Translations under genes and position numbers: made by a program
Virus record (IMG/VR): IMGVR_UViG_3300021431_000091
Span: 41,457 to 105,456 of that record
Direction: 5' to 3' (one strand)
Source: a virus
Lineage: Duplodnaviria > Caudoviricetes
DNA: 64,000 nucleotides
The notes under the pieces: model-generated
The model's database searches: none
The model's input: only the letters and a program-made list of their open reading frames with translations
What the model was told of the DNA's origin: nothing
In this document: positions 28,435 through 37,726 of the stretch, piece after piece
Layout of the letters: the number at the start of each line of letters is the position of its first letter
Position numbering within the stretch: the stretch's first letter is position 1

Positions 28435-28437
28435 AAT

Positions 28438-29001
28438 ATGGAAAACAAATACAAAATAGAATTCGCATCAGCCACTACAAAGCAGCAGTTCTTCAATATG
28501 TTTACCAAATCAAAGGAGGGGCAGGCATTACTGAAGAAAAAGGAGGACTACATGCACAAAGGGCAGTTCATCCAGGCTATGCAGATGGCCAAGAAGATTG
28601 ATGATTTTGTAGCTCAGGAGTTTGCCAAGTATGCGAGGCAAGCCGAGAAGGAAGCAGAAAGAATCAATGTTAATGAACTGGGGATGCCAAATGACGTGAA
28701 GAATGAACTGAACAAGCTTTATGTCGTTGCATTCATGACAGCCGACATTCTGGAGAGTGTAATACTTGACATGAATGATGCGGTGAAGAAGTTTGACAAG
28801 GACCTTGCTGTTGACATATTTGATGACTTCAAGGAGGTTAACAGGGTTGCCAAGGAAAAGCTCAGGTTCTTCCGCAAAAGTGAGGATGTTATGAAACTTC
28901 CTATCTGGGGAACTGAGTGTGACAATATGTATGAGATGATGCGGAACAAGGCAGCGAAGATTATAAAAGAGGATATAAAAGAAAAACTTAAAACACTTTA
29001 A
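28438..29001 (+). CDS. Hypothetical protein
   Basis: 187-aa ORF. Confidence 0.8.
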   Translation: MENKYKIEFASATTKQQFFNMFTKSKEGQALLKKKEDYMHKGQFIQAMQMAKKIDDFVAQEFAKYARQAEKEAERINVNELGMPNDVKNELNKLYVVAFMTADILESVILDMNDAVKKFDKDLAVDIFDDFKEVNRVAKEKLRFFRKSEDVMKLPIWGTECDNMYEMMRNKAAKIIKEDIKEKLKTL

Positions 29002-29006
29002 CGATT

Positions 29007-29444
29007 ATGGGAAACTTTACAAAGGTGGATTTGCTGAGCTCCACTTCAAAACTCAGCCTTGGTGAGAATGAGATTGACCTGGTGATCACTGGAAGCACAA
29101 CTCCCAGCTACCTTGTGTTAAACAAGAGCGTTTTGGACCTGGTATCCAAGAAACAGCTGTTCAAGATGAGTGTGTACCAGGATGCAGACAACAAGGTGCT
29201 TGCTTTCAATTTCGGTAAGACTGGTGACATCACAATCATCCAGAACACAAACCCAGACAAAAAGCGTAGCGCTCTGAGACTCACAAACAAGAAGCTTATT
29301 GCCTTTATCTGTGAGTTCTTCGGCATCAACCCAGCCATCAAAGCGCATAACAAGCTTAGCATTTCAAACAACAAGGCAAACGGAAGCGAGATCCTGATGT
29401 TCTACGTCAGGGTAAGCGGTATGGAACACGTAAACTTTAAGTAA
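29007..29444 (+). CDS. Hypothetical protein
   Basis: 145-aa ORF. Confidence 0.75.
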   Translation: MGNFTKVDLLSSTSKLSLGENEIDLVITGSTTPSYLVLNKSVLDLVSKKQLFKMSVYQDADNKVLAFNFGKTGDITIIQNTNPDKKRSALRLTNKKLIAFICEFFGINPAIKAHNKLSISNNKANGSEILMFYVRVSGMEHVNFK

Positions 29445-29579
29445 TATGGACAAGAGTAAGCATGATGAGATTATGGGCTATGTAGAGCGCGGCGTTCCTG
29501 ATATTTGCAGGAAGGCTCGCGCTTCCTATGATGAAGTGCATGAGGTAATGAAAGAGTATCTAACTAAACAAGGTGTGAT

Positions 29580-29843
29580 ATGAGTGAATACAAAGATTCA
29601 AATCATGACAGGCATTTCAAGCTTGCTATCCCATTTGGTGCTGTACTGACAATACTGTGCGTGATCGGGCTTGCAATTGGTATGGAGTTTAAGGACGCGC
29701 ACCACCAGAACGGGAATAAACCATTGAAGGAATGGGACTGGAGCGCATGGGACTGGAAGGATTTTAAGTGGACTATTTATGGTGGTTTGGTTGGTCAGGC
29801 CATCCAGATTGGTGTAATTGTTTTGATAATATGCCTTATATGA
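29580..29843 (+). CDS. Small membrane protein
   Basis: 2 TM; GMEFKD...WDWKDF..T..GG. Confidence 0.75.
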   Translation: MSEYKDSNHDRHFKLAIPFGAVLTILCVIGLAIGMEFKDAHHQNGNKPLKEWDWSAWDWKDFKWTIYGGLVGQAIQIGVIVLIICLI

Positions 29844-30142
29844 TTGATGAAATCCTGGACAAAATGAGGTCTCAGGTGGACAAAAGAATTGTATTTCTTA
29901 TTCTGTCTCAAATGATAGATGAGGATATGACTGTTACGGATGTCCTGAATAAGTACAAGCTGGAGACGAGCTATACCACTCCTGCCACACAAATAAAGGG
30001 GTGTGCTCAGACATTCTTACAATGTGAGTGCAAGATGCAGTTGGTAAAACGAAAAGACCTCTATCTTGTTACACCAGAAGATATTGAGGCTATAAAATCA
30101 GATTTGAAGAACGAGCTTTATAAACAATTGGTATTAAGATGA
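29840..30142 (+). CDS. Hypothetical protein
   Basis: ATGA coupling at 29840. Confidence 0.65.
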   Translation: MIDEILDKMRSQVDKRIVFLILSQMIDEDMTVTDVLNKYKLETSYTTPATQIKGCAQTFLQCECKMQLVKRKDLYLVTPEDIEAIKSDLKNELYKQLVLR

Positions 30143-30567
30143 GCGATTTGACAGATTCCCAGCTCCTTGACAGGGCTCTTGACACCATAGTTGAACTGGT
30201 TAAGAGTGACCCGTCAGACTTTTGTGAGGTTGTCGATGCCAACGAGGAAGGTTGGTGTGAGAACAACTGTGAGAATTTTGGTAGGATATGCCTTCTGAAA
30301 TACCTTAAGTACAGGAAACCTGGTGAGTTGGATAGGAGGGTATCGATATGAGTAAAGCAACGACAGTTATTAGTCCAAACAGTCACAACATTGAAAGACT
30401 GATGCTGGATAGTGTTTCTTCCCAGTCCTTTTACATTCCGTGTGATTTATATGCAATTAGAAATATGTGTCGTGAAATTGAATCTATCAGTGATGGTATA
30501 AGGGACATCAAAGAAGGAGTTGACCAATTAACTGTTGAGCTTGATTATTTAAAAGACAGTTTGAGAC

Positions 30568-30804
30568 ATGGCAAAGAAGAATGAAACTGTAATGGTGGAG
30601 GCCAGTAAGTGCAAGTGCTGTATATGTGGCAAACAGGCTTATGCTTTCTGGCCTTGCATTGACCCAGACATCCCACAGCATCCGTACTGTGAGAAGTGCT
30701 TGCGTGAACAGCAGATGAAGGTAATAACTGGAGTGCTTGGCGAAGAAGAAGGCAAGAAAGCTTTCAGGAGAGCCATGAGGGAGAAAAAGAAAAGAGGGTC
30801 TTAA
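30568..30804 (+). CDS. Small Zn-finger protein
   Basis: CCIC...CEKC. Confidence 0.65.
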   Translation: MAKKNETVMVEASKCKCCICGKQAYAFWPCIDPDIPQHPYCEKCLREQQMKVITGVLGEEEGKKAFRRAMREKKKRGS

Positions 30805-30816
30805 AACCCTCTGTTG

Positions 30817-30889
30817 TTGCGAAGGTAGGACTCGAACCTACGATCTTTTGGTTATGAGCCAAACGAGATACCAACTTCTCCACCTCGCG
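30817..30889 (-). tRNA. tRNA-Met(CAT), initiator-like
   Basis: CGCGAGG acceptor with C1-A72 mismatch, anticodon loop CTCATAA, TTCGAGT T loop; no encoded CCA. Confidence 0.9.
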
Positions 30890-30895
30890 GTATTG

Positions 30896-30968
30896 TGACT
30901 CCAGTGGGACTCGAACCCACGCCCCAGGGATTAAAAGTCCCTTGCTCTACCTACTGAGCTATGAAGCC
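30896..30968 (-). tRNA. tRNA-Lys(TTT)
   Basis: Cloverleaf; AGGGA-CTTTTAA-TCCCT. Confidence 0.93.
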
Positions 30969-31042
30969 AGATGCCCGACCTCACAGCTGGAGATCGAGAG
31001 CTTAAGAGCGTTTATGTTTGAGTACTATTGTCATATCGGGTG

Positions 31043-31073
31043 CAAAGATACTGGTAATATTCCAGACCACAAA
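31043..31073 (-). promoter_or_regulatory. Bacteroidetes promoter for the tRNA-Lys/Met pair
   Basis: TTTG, 19 nt, TATCTTTG on minus strand. Confidence 0.75.
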
Positions 31074-31128
31074 ATGATTTGGAGAAAATTTTTATAAAAA
31101 GAAACATTTTTAGACGATTTTTAACTTT

Positions 31129-31542
31129 ATGGCTATGAACGATAAGATGACACCACAGCAAAAGCTTATGAAGGCTGTGTTTGGTAAGCTGCCAGAAGAA
31201 ATGACAGCTGAGGAGAGAGAACATTGGGAAGATCGTATTGCCGAGATGCAGGCAGAAAGCATTACTGATGAGGAATACAAGAAGATCTGTGGCGAAAGCA
31301 TTGATAACTCTAAGGATAGGATGATGCTGTATGTCGGATGGTGCAAGCTGATTTCAAAGTGGTACATGGAGCACAACAATGACCGCAAGTACCATGTTGA
31401 TGAGTTTAAGCCCGCCTATTCTTTCAGGCAGGTTGTTGATATTGCCCAGATGGTTTACCGTCAAGGCCTGGAAGATGGAAAGAATGGTGTTACTGAATAT
31501 GAACACCTTTGGGGAACCAAGAACGACAACAAGGATGAGTAG
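31129..31542 (+). CDS. Hypothetical protein
   Basis: 137-aa ORF. Confidence 0.75.
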   Translation: MAMNDKMTPQQKLMKAVFGKLPEEMTAEEREHWEDRIAEMQAESITDEEYKKICGESIDNSKDRMMLYVGWCKLISKWYMEHNNDRKYHVDEFKPAYSFRQVVDIAQMVYRQGLEDGKNGVTEYEHLWGTKNDNKDE

Positions 31543-31918
31543 GGTAATCAAATTCAGAGGCTGGGATAAGGTAGGCAACAAGTGCTGGGTGTACGGTGAC
31601 CTTGTGCATAACCAGAAAGTAACCAAGGAAGGACTGGAACCCAGGACTATGGTTGGTGGCTATGAGGTCGATCCTGAAAGCGTGTGTCAATTTACTGGGC
31701 TGTGTGACAAGAACGGCAAGGAGATATATGAAGGTGACTATGTTATGTATGGTGGTAATCTTTGCTATATTGCCTTCCTGATGCAGGAGTGCGGTTATGT
31801 TATAGTTACACCCAGTTCAGACACAAGGATCATGGACTCGTATGAGTTTGGATTAAGACTTGATATGGAGCTGACCGGAGAAACTGTTTACGAAAAACAT
31901 AAATCATGTACGCTGTAA
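31535..31918 (+). CDS. YopX family protein
   Basis: IKFRG...QFTGLCDKNGKEIYEGD. Confidence 0.9.
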   Translation: MSRVIKFRGWDKVGNKCWVYGDLVHNQKVTKEGLEPRTMVGGYEVDPESVCQFTGLCDKNGKEIYEGDYVMYGGNLCYIAFLMQECGYVIVTPSSDTRIMDSYEFGLRLDMELTGETVYEKHKSCTL

Positions 31919-32041
31919 TTGAACAAGACTTATTTGGGCACCGTTCAGTATATGAGGCCCAGAACTTTGATGACGCATATAACTGGCTGGACGGGCTGAG
32001 TAATGTGCATGGTAAGAAATATAAAATAATCAGAAAATAGT

Positions 32042-32422
32042 ATGTTGAAGGAAGGTTATTATAAGTGTATAGCTGGCAATTACATGGTGACAACCAAAAT
32101 GTTTGGTAGGATACCTGAATTGGAAAATTACGAGCTTGAAGATGGAGCTCTGTATCGTGTGAATCCTATTGGTAGACTTGAGATTCCAGGTAAGGGCACA
32201 GCACAGATAACTGATGAGGTTGAGAAGATCCTGGTCCCATACGAGTCGGATGATGAGATAAAACACTGGGATGAGATACGCACCCAGGCTTCCATACATA
32301 TCATGGCTTCTGTTATTGGTATGCAAAAAGCTTGTGCCTCCATTGATTTTAACAGGGTTGCCAGTGTGGTTGTAACAGCTGCTGATGCCCTGGTTGATGA
32401 ACTTAAAAGAAGAAAGCCATGA
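32042..32422 (+). CDS. Hypothetical protein
   Basis: C-terminal WDEIRTQA...ADALVDELK. Confidence 0.7.
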   Translation: MLKEGYYKCIAGNYMVTTKMFGRIPELENYELEDGALYRVNPIGRLEIPGKGTAQITDEVEKILVPYESDDEIKHWDEIRTQASIHIMASVIGMQKACASIDFNRVASVVVTAADALVDELKRRKP

Positions 32423-32739
32423 GGGTTAACTTGAATAAAACAATGCGCATGTCTGAACTTCCAGATTACGCTAAGGACTTGTTGTACGAATGCAGACTTG
32501 ATTCTGACAAAGATGTACCAAAAGAGGAGTATCTAAGTTATTACCATATCATTATCATTAATGGTATTGTTTATATTGATGACGATGACCACGCTAACCG
32601 CCTACTTAAGGGTGTTTTGCTTGAAAAGTCATCATCGAGGGCACTTATGGTTTCATACGCTGTGATTATGGACAAACACGTTATTAAGAATAGGTATGGT
32701 AAAAGTACACTTAATTTTATGCATAATGTGATAAAATAA
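32419..32739 (+). CDS. Hypothetical protein
   Basis: 106-aa ORF. Confidence 0.6.
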   Translation: MRVNLNKTMRMSELPDYAKDLLYECRLDSDKDVPKEEYLSYYHIIIINGIVYIDDDDHANRLLKGVLLEKSSSRALMVSYAVIMDKHVIKNRYGKSTLNFMHNVIK

Positions 32740-32780
32740 CCGCCGAAAGGCACAATATTAACAATTTAAAATTTAGTATT

Positions 32781-32957
32781 ATGAGCAAGAAAGTATTTGC
32801 TTTAGTTAGCGGTATCGTTGGTGGCCTTCAGACCATCGGTGTTGCCCTGGTTACTTACAACAACCCAGAGTATGCAACTGCTATCAATTCCGCTATTGTG
32901 ATTGCCGGTGCTGCAATCATTGAGATCTGCAACCTCTTCGTTAAGACTGAGGCGTAA
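32781..32957 (+). CDS. Small 2-TM membrane protein (58 aa), below ORF-track cutoff
   Basis: MSKKVFALVSGIVGGLQTIGVALV...AIVIAGAAIIEICNLFVKTEA; own terminator downstream. Confidence 0.7.
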   Translation: MSKKVFALVSGIVGGLQTIGVALVTYNNPEYATAINSAIVIAGAAIIEICNLFVKTEA

Positions 32958-32964
32958 GGCAATT

Positions 32965-33000
32965 GGGAGCTGGGGCTATCTATTCCCAGCTTCTTTTTTT
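32965..33000 (+). terminator. Intrinsic terminator
   Basis: GGAGCTGGG...CCCAGCTTC followed by T7. Confidence 0.75.
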
Positions 33001-33018
33001 ATTTTAATTATCACAATT

Positions 33019-34206
33019 ATGGATTACGAAAAATTACATAAAGATACTATAGCCAAACTACAAGAGATGGTTAATAGTGAGAAGATCACAGTCGAAACTG
33101 CATGTGGTATATGTGCAGATTTTATTCCAGAGAGCAAGGATGAGAAGATAATGAAAGCAATTATAAAGTGTCTTAAATGGTTACAGGATGAAGCACGTTG
33201 GATTAATGTTTACGGTATCTCGTTTGATTTCATATTTGCTTGGGTTGAAAAACAAAGAAATCTAATGAAAGCCTTGCAAATATCCAATGCAAGAATTGGT
33301 GAATTGATTGAAGAGAATTATTATCTCAAAGAGCAATTTGAAAAGCAAGGCAAAAATAACATGGGTATTTCTGAAGCTACCAAGAAAAAGTTAGAGAATA
33401 GTCTTAATGAGGCTTTGGAAAAAGAAACACCAGAGTCTTGGAATAAGTTTCTTGACGAGCAAGGTGAGAGGAAGCCTGATACAGATTTCTCAGACTTCAG
33501 AACTTGGAAATACATTGTTGACGCAGTTTTGACTGAAAAAGAAGGCATCGGGCAGTATCTTGATAGTCCATTTACAGAAGAAGTTGCCAAGAAGTTACAA
33601 AAACGATTTGGTAATATAGAGCAAATTCTTGCTAATTCTGCAAAAACTTGCAATGGTGAGCAGAATCCTGCTGAATGGCATAGGGAAGATGAACAGAACT
33701 TAAATGCTTGTCTTGGTTATATACCAGACGAATTTCTTAGAAGGTGGCTAACAGATATTATTCATGTTAAATACGACAAGTCTGTTGAATTGCCAAAAGG
33801 CGAAGATTATGGTATTGATGGCTTGTATGCCGCCATTGATATTCTACAAAAGACTCTTGGTGATGTTGATGGCTACCAGTCCGATGATGGTATTTTAGAA
33901 CATAAGTGCGCCATTAGTGCCGTTAAGGAATTGTCTAAACAGCAGAAATCCTTTTGGAGTGAAGAGGATAAGAAAATGTCAAGATTCATAGGAAATGCTA
34001 TCACTACTAATGGCGCATCTATATACCTTAAAAGTAAAGGCATACAAGTCATAGATGCACATGTGTGGTTAAATGGACTCAAAGAAAGATACACCTGGAA
34101 GCCGAGTAATGAGCAGATTGATGCTTTAGAATCAGCAGTATCTTTATTACAAAGCACTACGCTTGAATCACTTTATAACGAATTGAAAAAGCTAAGGGAG
34201 GAATAG
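33019..34206 (+). CDS. Mosaic hypothetical protein with repeated W-x-x-ED/WKPS modules
   Basis: ATG 33019; WHREDE, WSEED, WKPSNEQ; AT-rich. Confidence 0.8.
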   Translation: MDYEKLHKDTIAKLQEMVNSEKITVETACGICADFIPESKDEKIMKAIIKCLKWLQDEARWINVYGISFDFIFAWVEKQRNLMKALQISNARIGELIEENYYLKEQFEKQGKNNMGISEATKKKLENSLNEALEKETPESWNKFLDEQGERKPDTDFSDFRTWKYIVDAVLTEKEGIGQYLDSPFTEEVAKKLQKRFGNIEQILANSAKTCNGEQNPAEWHREDEQNLNACLGYIPDEFLRRWLTDIIHVKYDKSVELPKGEDYGIDGLYAAIDILQKTLGDVDGYQSDDGILEHKCAISAVKELSKQQKSFWSEEDKKMSRFIGNAITTNGASIYLKSKGIQVIDAHVWLNGLKERYTWKPSNEQIDALESAVSLLQSTTLESLYNELKKLREE

Positions 34207-34208
34207 TT

Positions 34209-34613
34209 ATGAAAGCAATTCAAATTGGTGATTGGCTACAACATGCCAATGGTAAGTATTACCAAGTAACAAGGATTGACCGTTTAGGTGATGGAAACAT
34301 ACATTTCGCTTGTGGTTTTCCTCACTTATGGGAGTATAATAATAAGTTTAAACCTATTCAACTTCAAAAAATACACCTAATAAAGAATGGGTTTAAGGTT
34401 AGAGAATATTCCGATGATATGGAGTATTTCTATCACGATGGCTACAAAATAAATATTGATTTCAACGAAGGGTTGTCAGCGGACAACATACCACCTACTA
34501 TATTTCTTTCGATTGACTTTGCTGAGAAAGATATTGCTATGCCTATTGAGTATGTACATGAATTACAGCAGGCTATGCGAATTATGGGTTGTGATAAAGA
34601 AATAGAACTATGA
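34209..34613 (+). CDS. Hypothetical phage protein
   Basis: IQIGDW...YVHELQ. Confidence 0.75.
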   Translation: MKAIQIGDWLQHANGKYYQVTRIDRLGDGNIHFACGFPHLWEYNNKFKPIQLQKIHLIKNGFKVREYSDDMEYFYHDGYKINIDFNEGLSADNIPPTIFLSIDFAEKDIAMPIEYVHELQQAMRIMGCDKEIEL

Positions 34614-34876
34614 GCAAAGCAGAAAAGTTCATCAGTGATTGCACAAGGAATTGTAGCAATGAATTTGAACCGCAAAAAGCCCCACCATCAGTTTATAATC
34701 CTTGGCTAACTCCAAACCAAGCGAGAAGGGCTGTGGAGATCGCAAGGGAGGAAATTATTGAAAAAGTGTGTGAGTTTCTTGATAATGACCTTTGTTGCTA
34801 CATAAAAGCACAGGATTTCACTATAGAACATCAGAGATTAGAAAACGACTTAAAACAAGCAATGAAAGATGAGTAA
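34610..34876 (+). CDS. Hypothetical protein
   Basis: ATGA coupling. Confidence 0.65.
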   Translation: MSKAEKFISDCTRNCSNEFEPQKAPPSVYNPWLTPNQARRAVEIAREEIIEKVCEFLDNDLCCYIKAQDFTIEHQRLENDLKQAMKDE

Positions 34877-35264
34877 AGCAGAAGATTTATCAAAGCAATA
34901 CAGTGACTACCGAGAGCAATGCGGTATCAAAGACCCCGTAATGCTTGACGAGATTGAGGAAGCATACTTTGAAGGCTACAGCCAAGCAGAGAAAGATAAT
35001 GAACTCACTTGTAAGGATACAAAAGATGAATTCCTAAACGAGTTCCTGGCAAAAACGCTTAGCAGGAAACTGGGTATCAATAGAATGCCTGAGTGCGAGA
35101 AGGAAGAGTGCAATAAGACATACATCCCAGACCCGTATCAGCCGGACGCTCCCAGGTATCCATATTTTGAAGCCTACAAGGAAGGCTACCTGTCTGCAAT
35201 GTCAATCGCTGAGGATATACTTGTGAAAATGTTTAATGAATACGATAACTTAACAAAAGGTTAA
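34869..35264 (+). CDS. Hypothetical protein
   Basis: 131-aa ORF. Confidence 0.65.
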   Translation: MSKAEDLSKQYSDYREQCGIKDPVMLDEIEEAYFEGYSQAEKDNELTCKDTKDEFLNEFLAKTLSRKLGINRMPECEKEECNKTYIPDPYQPDAPRYPYFEAYKEGYLSAMSIAEDILVKMFNEYDNLTKG

Positions 35265-35269
35265 CGATT

Positions 35270-35509
35270 ATGGGAAAATTAGTAAGAACAGAAGTTGAAG
35301 GCAAGTTTATTGAGCTTGTCAGTGAGAAGGTCTATGCAGACAGCTATAACGTGACGCTGGATGCTAATTTCCAGGATGACCTGGGATGTGATTCACTTGA
35401 CGCTATTGAGATCCTGATGGAAGCTGAGCGCGAGTTTGGTGTTGTAGTACCAGATGACAGGATTGATCATATCAAGACCGTAAGAGAGGCTATTGACTTG
35501 ATTATGTAG
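35270..35509 (+). CDS. acpP: Acyl carrier protein
   Basis: DDLGCDSLDAIEILMEAEREFG with phosphopantetheine Ser; IKTVREAIDLI. Confidence 0.9.
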   Translation: MGKLVRTEVEGKFIELVSEKVYADSYNVTLDANFQDDLGCDSLDAIEILMEAEREFGVVVPDDRIDHIKTVREAIDLIM

Positions 35510-35669
35510 CTTGACTCTATTTAATGATGATAAGTTTTCTTTTTAGATGCTATTAGTTAAAATCGCATGTGCATTACAAGCCTGTGAAGGTCGGCACTCT
35601 TTTTGGCTTAGATTAATAATGAATTGAAATTTCAGCACTGGCCGCTGTGAAGTTCCCAGTGTCTTTTTA

Positions 35670-35743
35670 GGTCCAGTAGCTCAGTTGGACAGAGCAATCG
35701 CCTCCTAAGCGGTAGGTCATGAGTTCGAGTCTCATCTGGATCA
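35670..35743 (+). tRNA. tRNA-Arg(CCT)
   Basis: Cloverleaf; ATCGC-CTCCTAA-GCGGT. Confidence 0.92.
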
Positions 35744-35914
35744 CAGCAATAGAGCAAATTCCGTTTGTAGAGGCTTCCCAGTATCCTGTGATATGGTGCT
35801 GGGAAGCTTTCATTTTGAGACTTCGCGTGCATTATTTTAAGGGGTTTGTGTACGTGAAAATCTGGGTGATTAAGATTTCTTAACGACACCTTAAGAATCC
35901 TTAACCACAAAGGT

Positions 35915-35946
35915 ATTGCCGGTTTGAAAAATTGTGAATATCTTTG
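35915..35946 (+). promoter_or_regulatory. Bacteroidetes promoter upstream of tRNA-Ser
   Basis: ATTG, 20 nt, TATCTTTG (35939-35946). Confidence 0.7.
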
Positions 35947-35976
35947 CGGCGCAAAACAACCCCCGTTTGTGGGAAA

Positions 35977-36269
35977 TGTGCATAAAATGTGCATTTTAAC
36001 ATTTGGATTGGGCGTTTTTCAGGAGAGTTGGCAGAGTGGTTAAATGCGCCAGACTCGAAATCTGGTGAACGTTTTCGGGCGTTCCGTGGGTTCGAATCCC
36101 TCACCTTCCGCCAATTTTAACATTTTTTAGCTGACAAAAAGAGGCTGAAAAATTGTTATAACTCACTGAAAAACAGCCACTTACACAGAAGGCTGTCTGC
36201 GCAAAAACAAGATGCGTAGTTAGGCAAAATTCCGGTGTTCAACTGCTTAAAATGCACATTTCATGCACA
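35977..36269. mobile_element. Probable attP: tRNA-Ser core flanked by 23-bp inverted arm repeats
   Basis: TGTGCATAAAATGTGCATTTTAA (35977-35999) and TTAAAATGCACATTTCATGCACA (36247-36269), 22/23 inverted match; integrase adjacent. Confidence 0.65.
36022..36113 (+). tRNA. tRNA-Ser(CGA) with mismatched 3' half
   Basis: CCAGA-CTCGAAA-TCTGG, long variable arm, encoded CCA; A5-C68 and T50-T64 mismatches. Confidence 0.9.
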
Positions 36270-36328
36270 AATCGCAAAAATTTGGGTGTGAAATTTGCAT
36301 GTAAGTAGTTGATTAACAGTAAAATTCT

Positions 36329-37615
36329 GTGTTTATGGTAAGTGTAAATTATCAGGTGTTCGGAAACAAATTTGGTTTGCGACTAAGACTTTACAAAAAC
36401 GGTGAGGTCAGGTATGTATCAGTCACAAAGTATCTGCGTGGCGAATTCAGTAAGAGGCAGTTCAGTGCAAAGAAACAATGCTTTGTGGGAAGTGCTCCGT
36501 TAAAAGACCTTAACAACAAATTCCTGGAAGAATTCAGAAAACCCTATGATGAGCTTGGCAAGGACTGGGATGGCACCTTGTCAGGCTTCCTTATTGCCAT
36601 CGGACAGGGAACAAAGGAACAGGAGGACACCAGCAGCCTGCATTGGCTTATCAGGAAATTCATAACCGAAAAGCAGCTGGAGAGGCATAAGGATGGTAGC
36701 ATAAAGGGAACCTGGGAAGCCTATGACAAGACAGAAAGAAGGCTTAGGGAATACTTTTGCACCGTACATCAGCATTACCTTGACATTGCCATCCAGGATA
36801 TGAAGGTTGATCTGGTTAACGACATCCTGGAATACCTGGAAGGTCATCGTGGTGAAGGCTCAAAATACTATGTTTCCCAGTGTCTCCATGCGGTATTCAA
36901 TTGGGCAGACAAGATGGGCTACTTTGATTTCTCTACTCTGAAGGGTGTGCGCTGGGCAAAGAAGAACAAGGAATCAGTACACAAATACCAGACCCTGACA
37001 AAAGCCCAATGTAACGCATTCGTGAACCTTAAGAAATCAGAACTGCCTACCAATCCCAGGAATCCCCAATGGACCTGGAAAGCTCAGCTGTACCATGATT
37101 TCTGCGTGTTTATCCTCTATACCTGCCAGTCACCATGTGATGCGCTGTGCCTTAAGTATGAGGACATCCAGACCATTAACGGTGTCGATCATTTTGTGTT
37201 CAAGAGAAGAAAGATAGCTGGGAAACAGTCAACGGCCTGCTCTGTCCCAATCAATGACAGGATGCGCAAGATAATGAAACGCTGGAAGAGTAAGGCTAAG
37301 GATGGCTATATCTTCCCAGTCCGCAATAACTCAACCATAAGGAGGAATGCGCACGACAACAATGATATAGACAAGTTTATCCAGCGCGTTAATATATGGC
37401 TTAAGAAGGTTGGCCCCATTATAGGCGTTCCGTTCCAGCTCCACAATTATGTTTTCAGGCACACAGGCATTACACATTATATAAGTACAGGCGTACCTAT
37501 TATATATGTAGCAAACCTGGCCGGAACCTCAGTGAAGAACTGTGAGGCCATATACTACAATAACCAGGGAGACACTTCAAGCCGTGATATGGTACTGGCA
37601 GCAACTGAGTTTTAG
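36329..37615 (+). CDS. int: Tyrosine recombinase/integrase
   Basis: Arm-binding-like N-terminus, RRK, HNYVFRHT, LAGTS...IYY; Bacteroidetes integrase layout. Confidence 0.85.
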   Translation: MFMVSVNYQVFGNKFGLRLRLYKNGEVRYVSVTKYLRGEFSKRQFSAKKQCFVGSAPLKDLNNKFLEEFRKPYDELGKDWDGTLSGFLIAIGQGTKEQEDTSSLHWLIRKFITEKQLERHKDGSIKGTWEAYDKTERRLREYFCTVHQHYLDIAIQDMKVDLVNDILEYLEGHRGEGSKYYVSQCLHAVFNWADKMGYFDFSTLKGVRWAKKNKESVHKYQTLTKAQCNAFVNLKKSELPTNPRNPQWTWKAQLYHDFCVFILYTCQSPCDALCLKYEDIQTINGVDHFVFKRRKIAGKQSTACSVPINDRMRKIMKRWKSKAKDGYIFPVRNNSTIRRNAHDNNDIDKFIQRVNIWLKKVGPIIGVPFQLHNYVFRHTGITHYISTGVPIIYVANLAGTSVKNCEAIYYNNQGDTSSRDMVLAATEF

Positions 37616-37620
37616 GCATA

Positions 37621-37655
37621 AAAAAGAACCTGTCCTCACGGATGGGTTCTTTTTT
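37621..37655. terminator. Bidirectional terminator between convergent genes
   Basis: AAAAAGAACC...GGTTCTTTTT. Confidence 0.8.
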
Positions 37656-37726
37656 AGTTCAATGATTAACTACTAATACTATGAAAAACTACTAACCTAA
37701 AAACAAATCCTATTGCTTACTATTCA

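Noticed and set aside
35632-36104. Minus-strand ORFs 35632-35994 and 35901-36104
   Set aside because: Antisense shadows of tRNA-Arg and tRNA-Ser.
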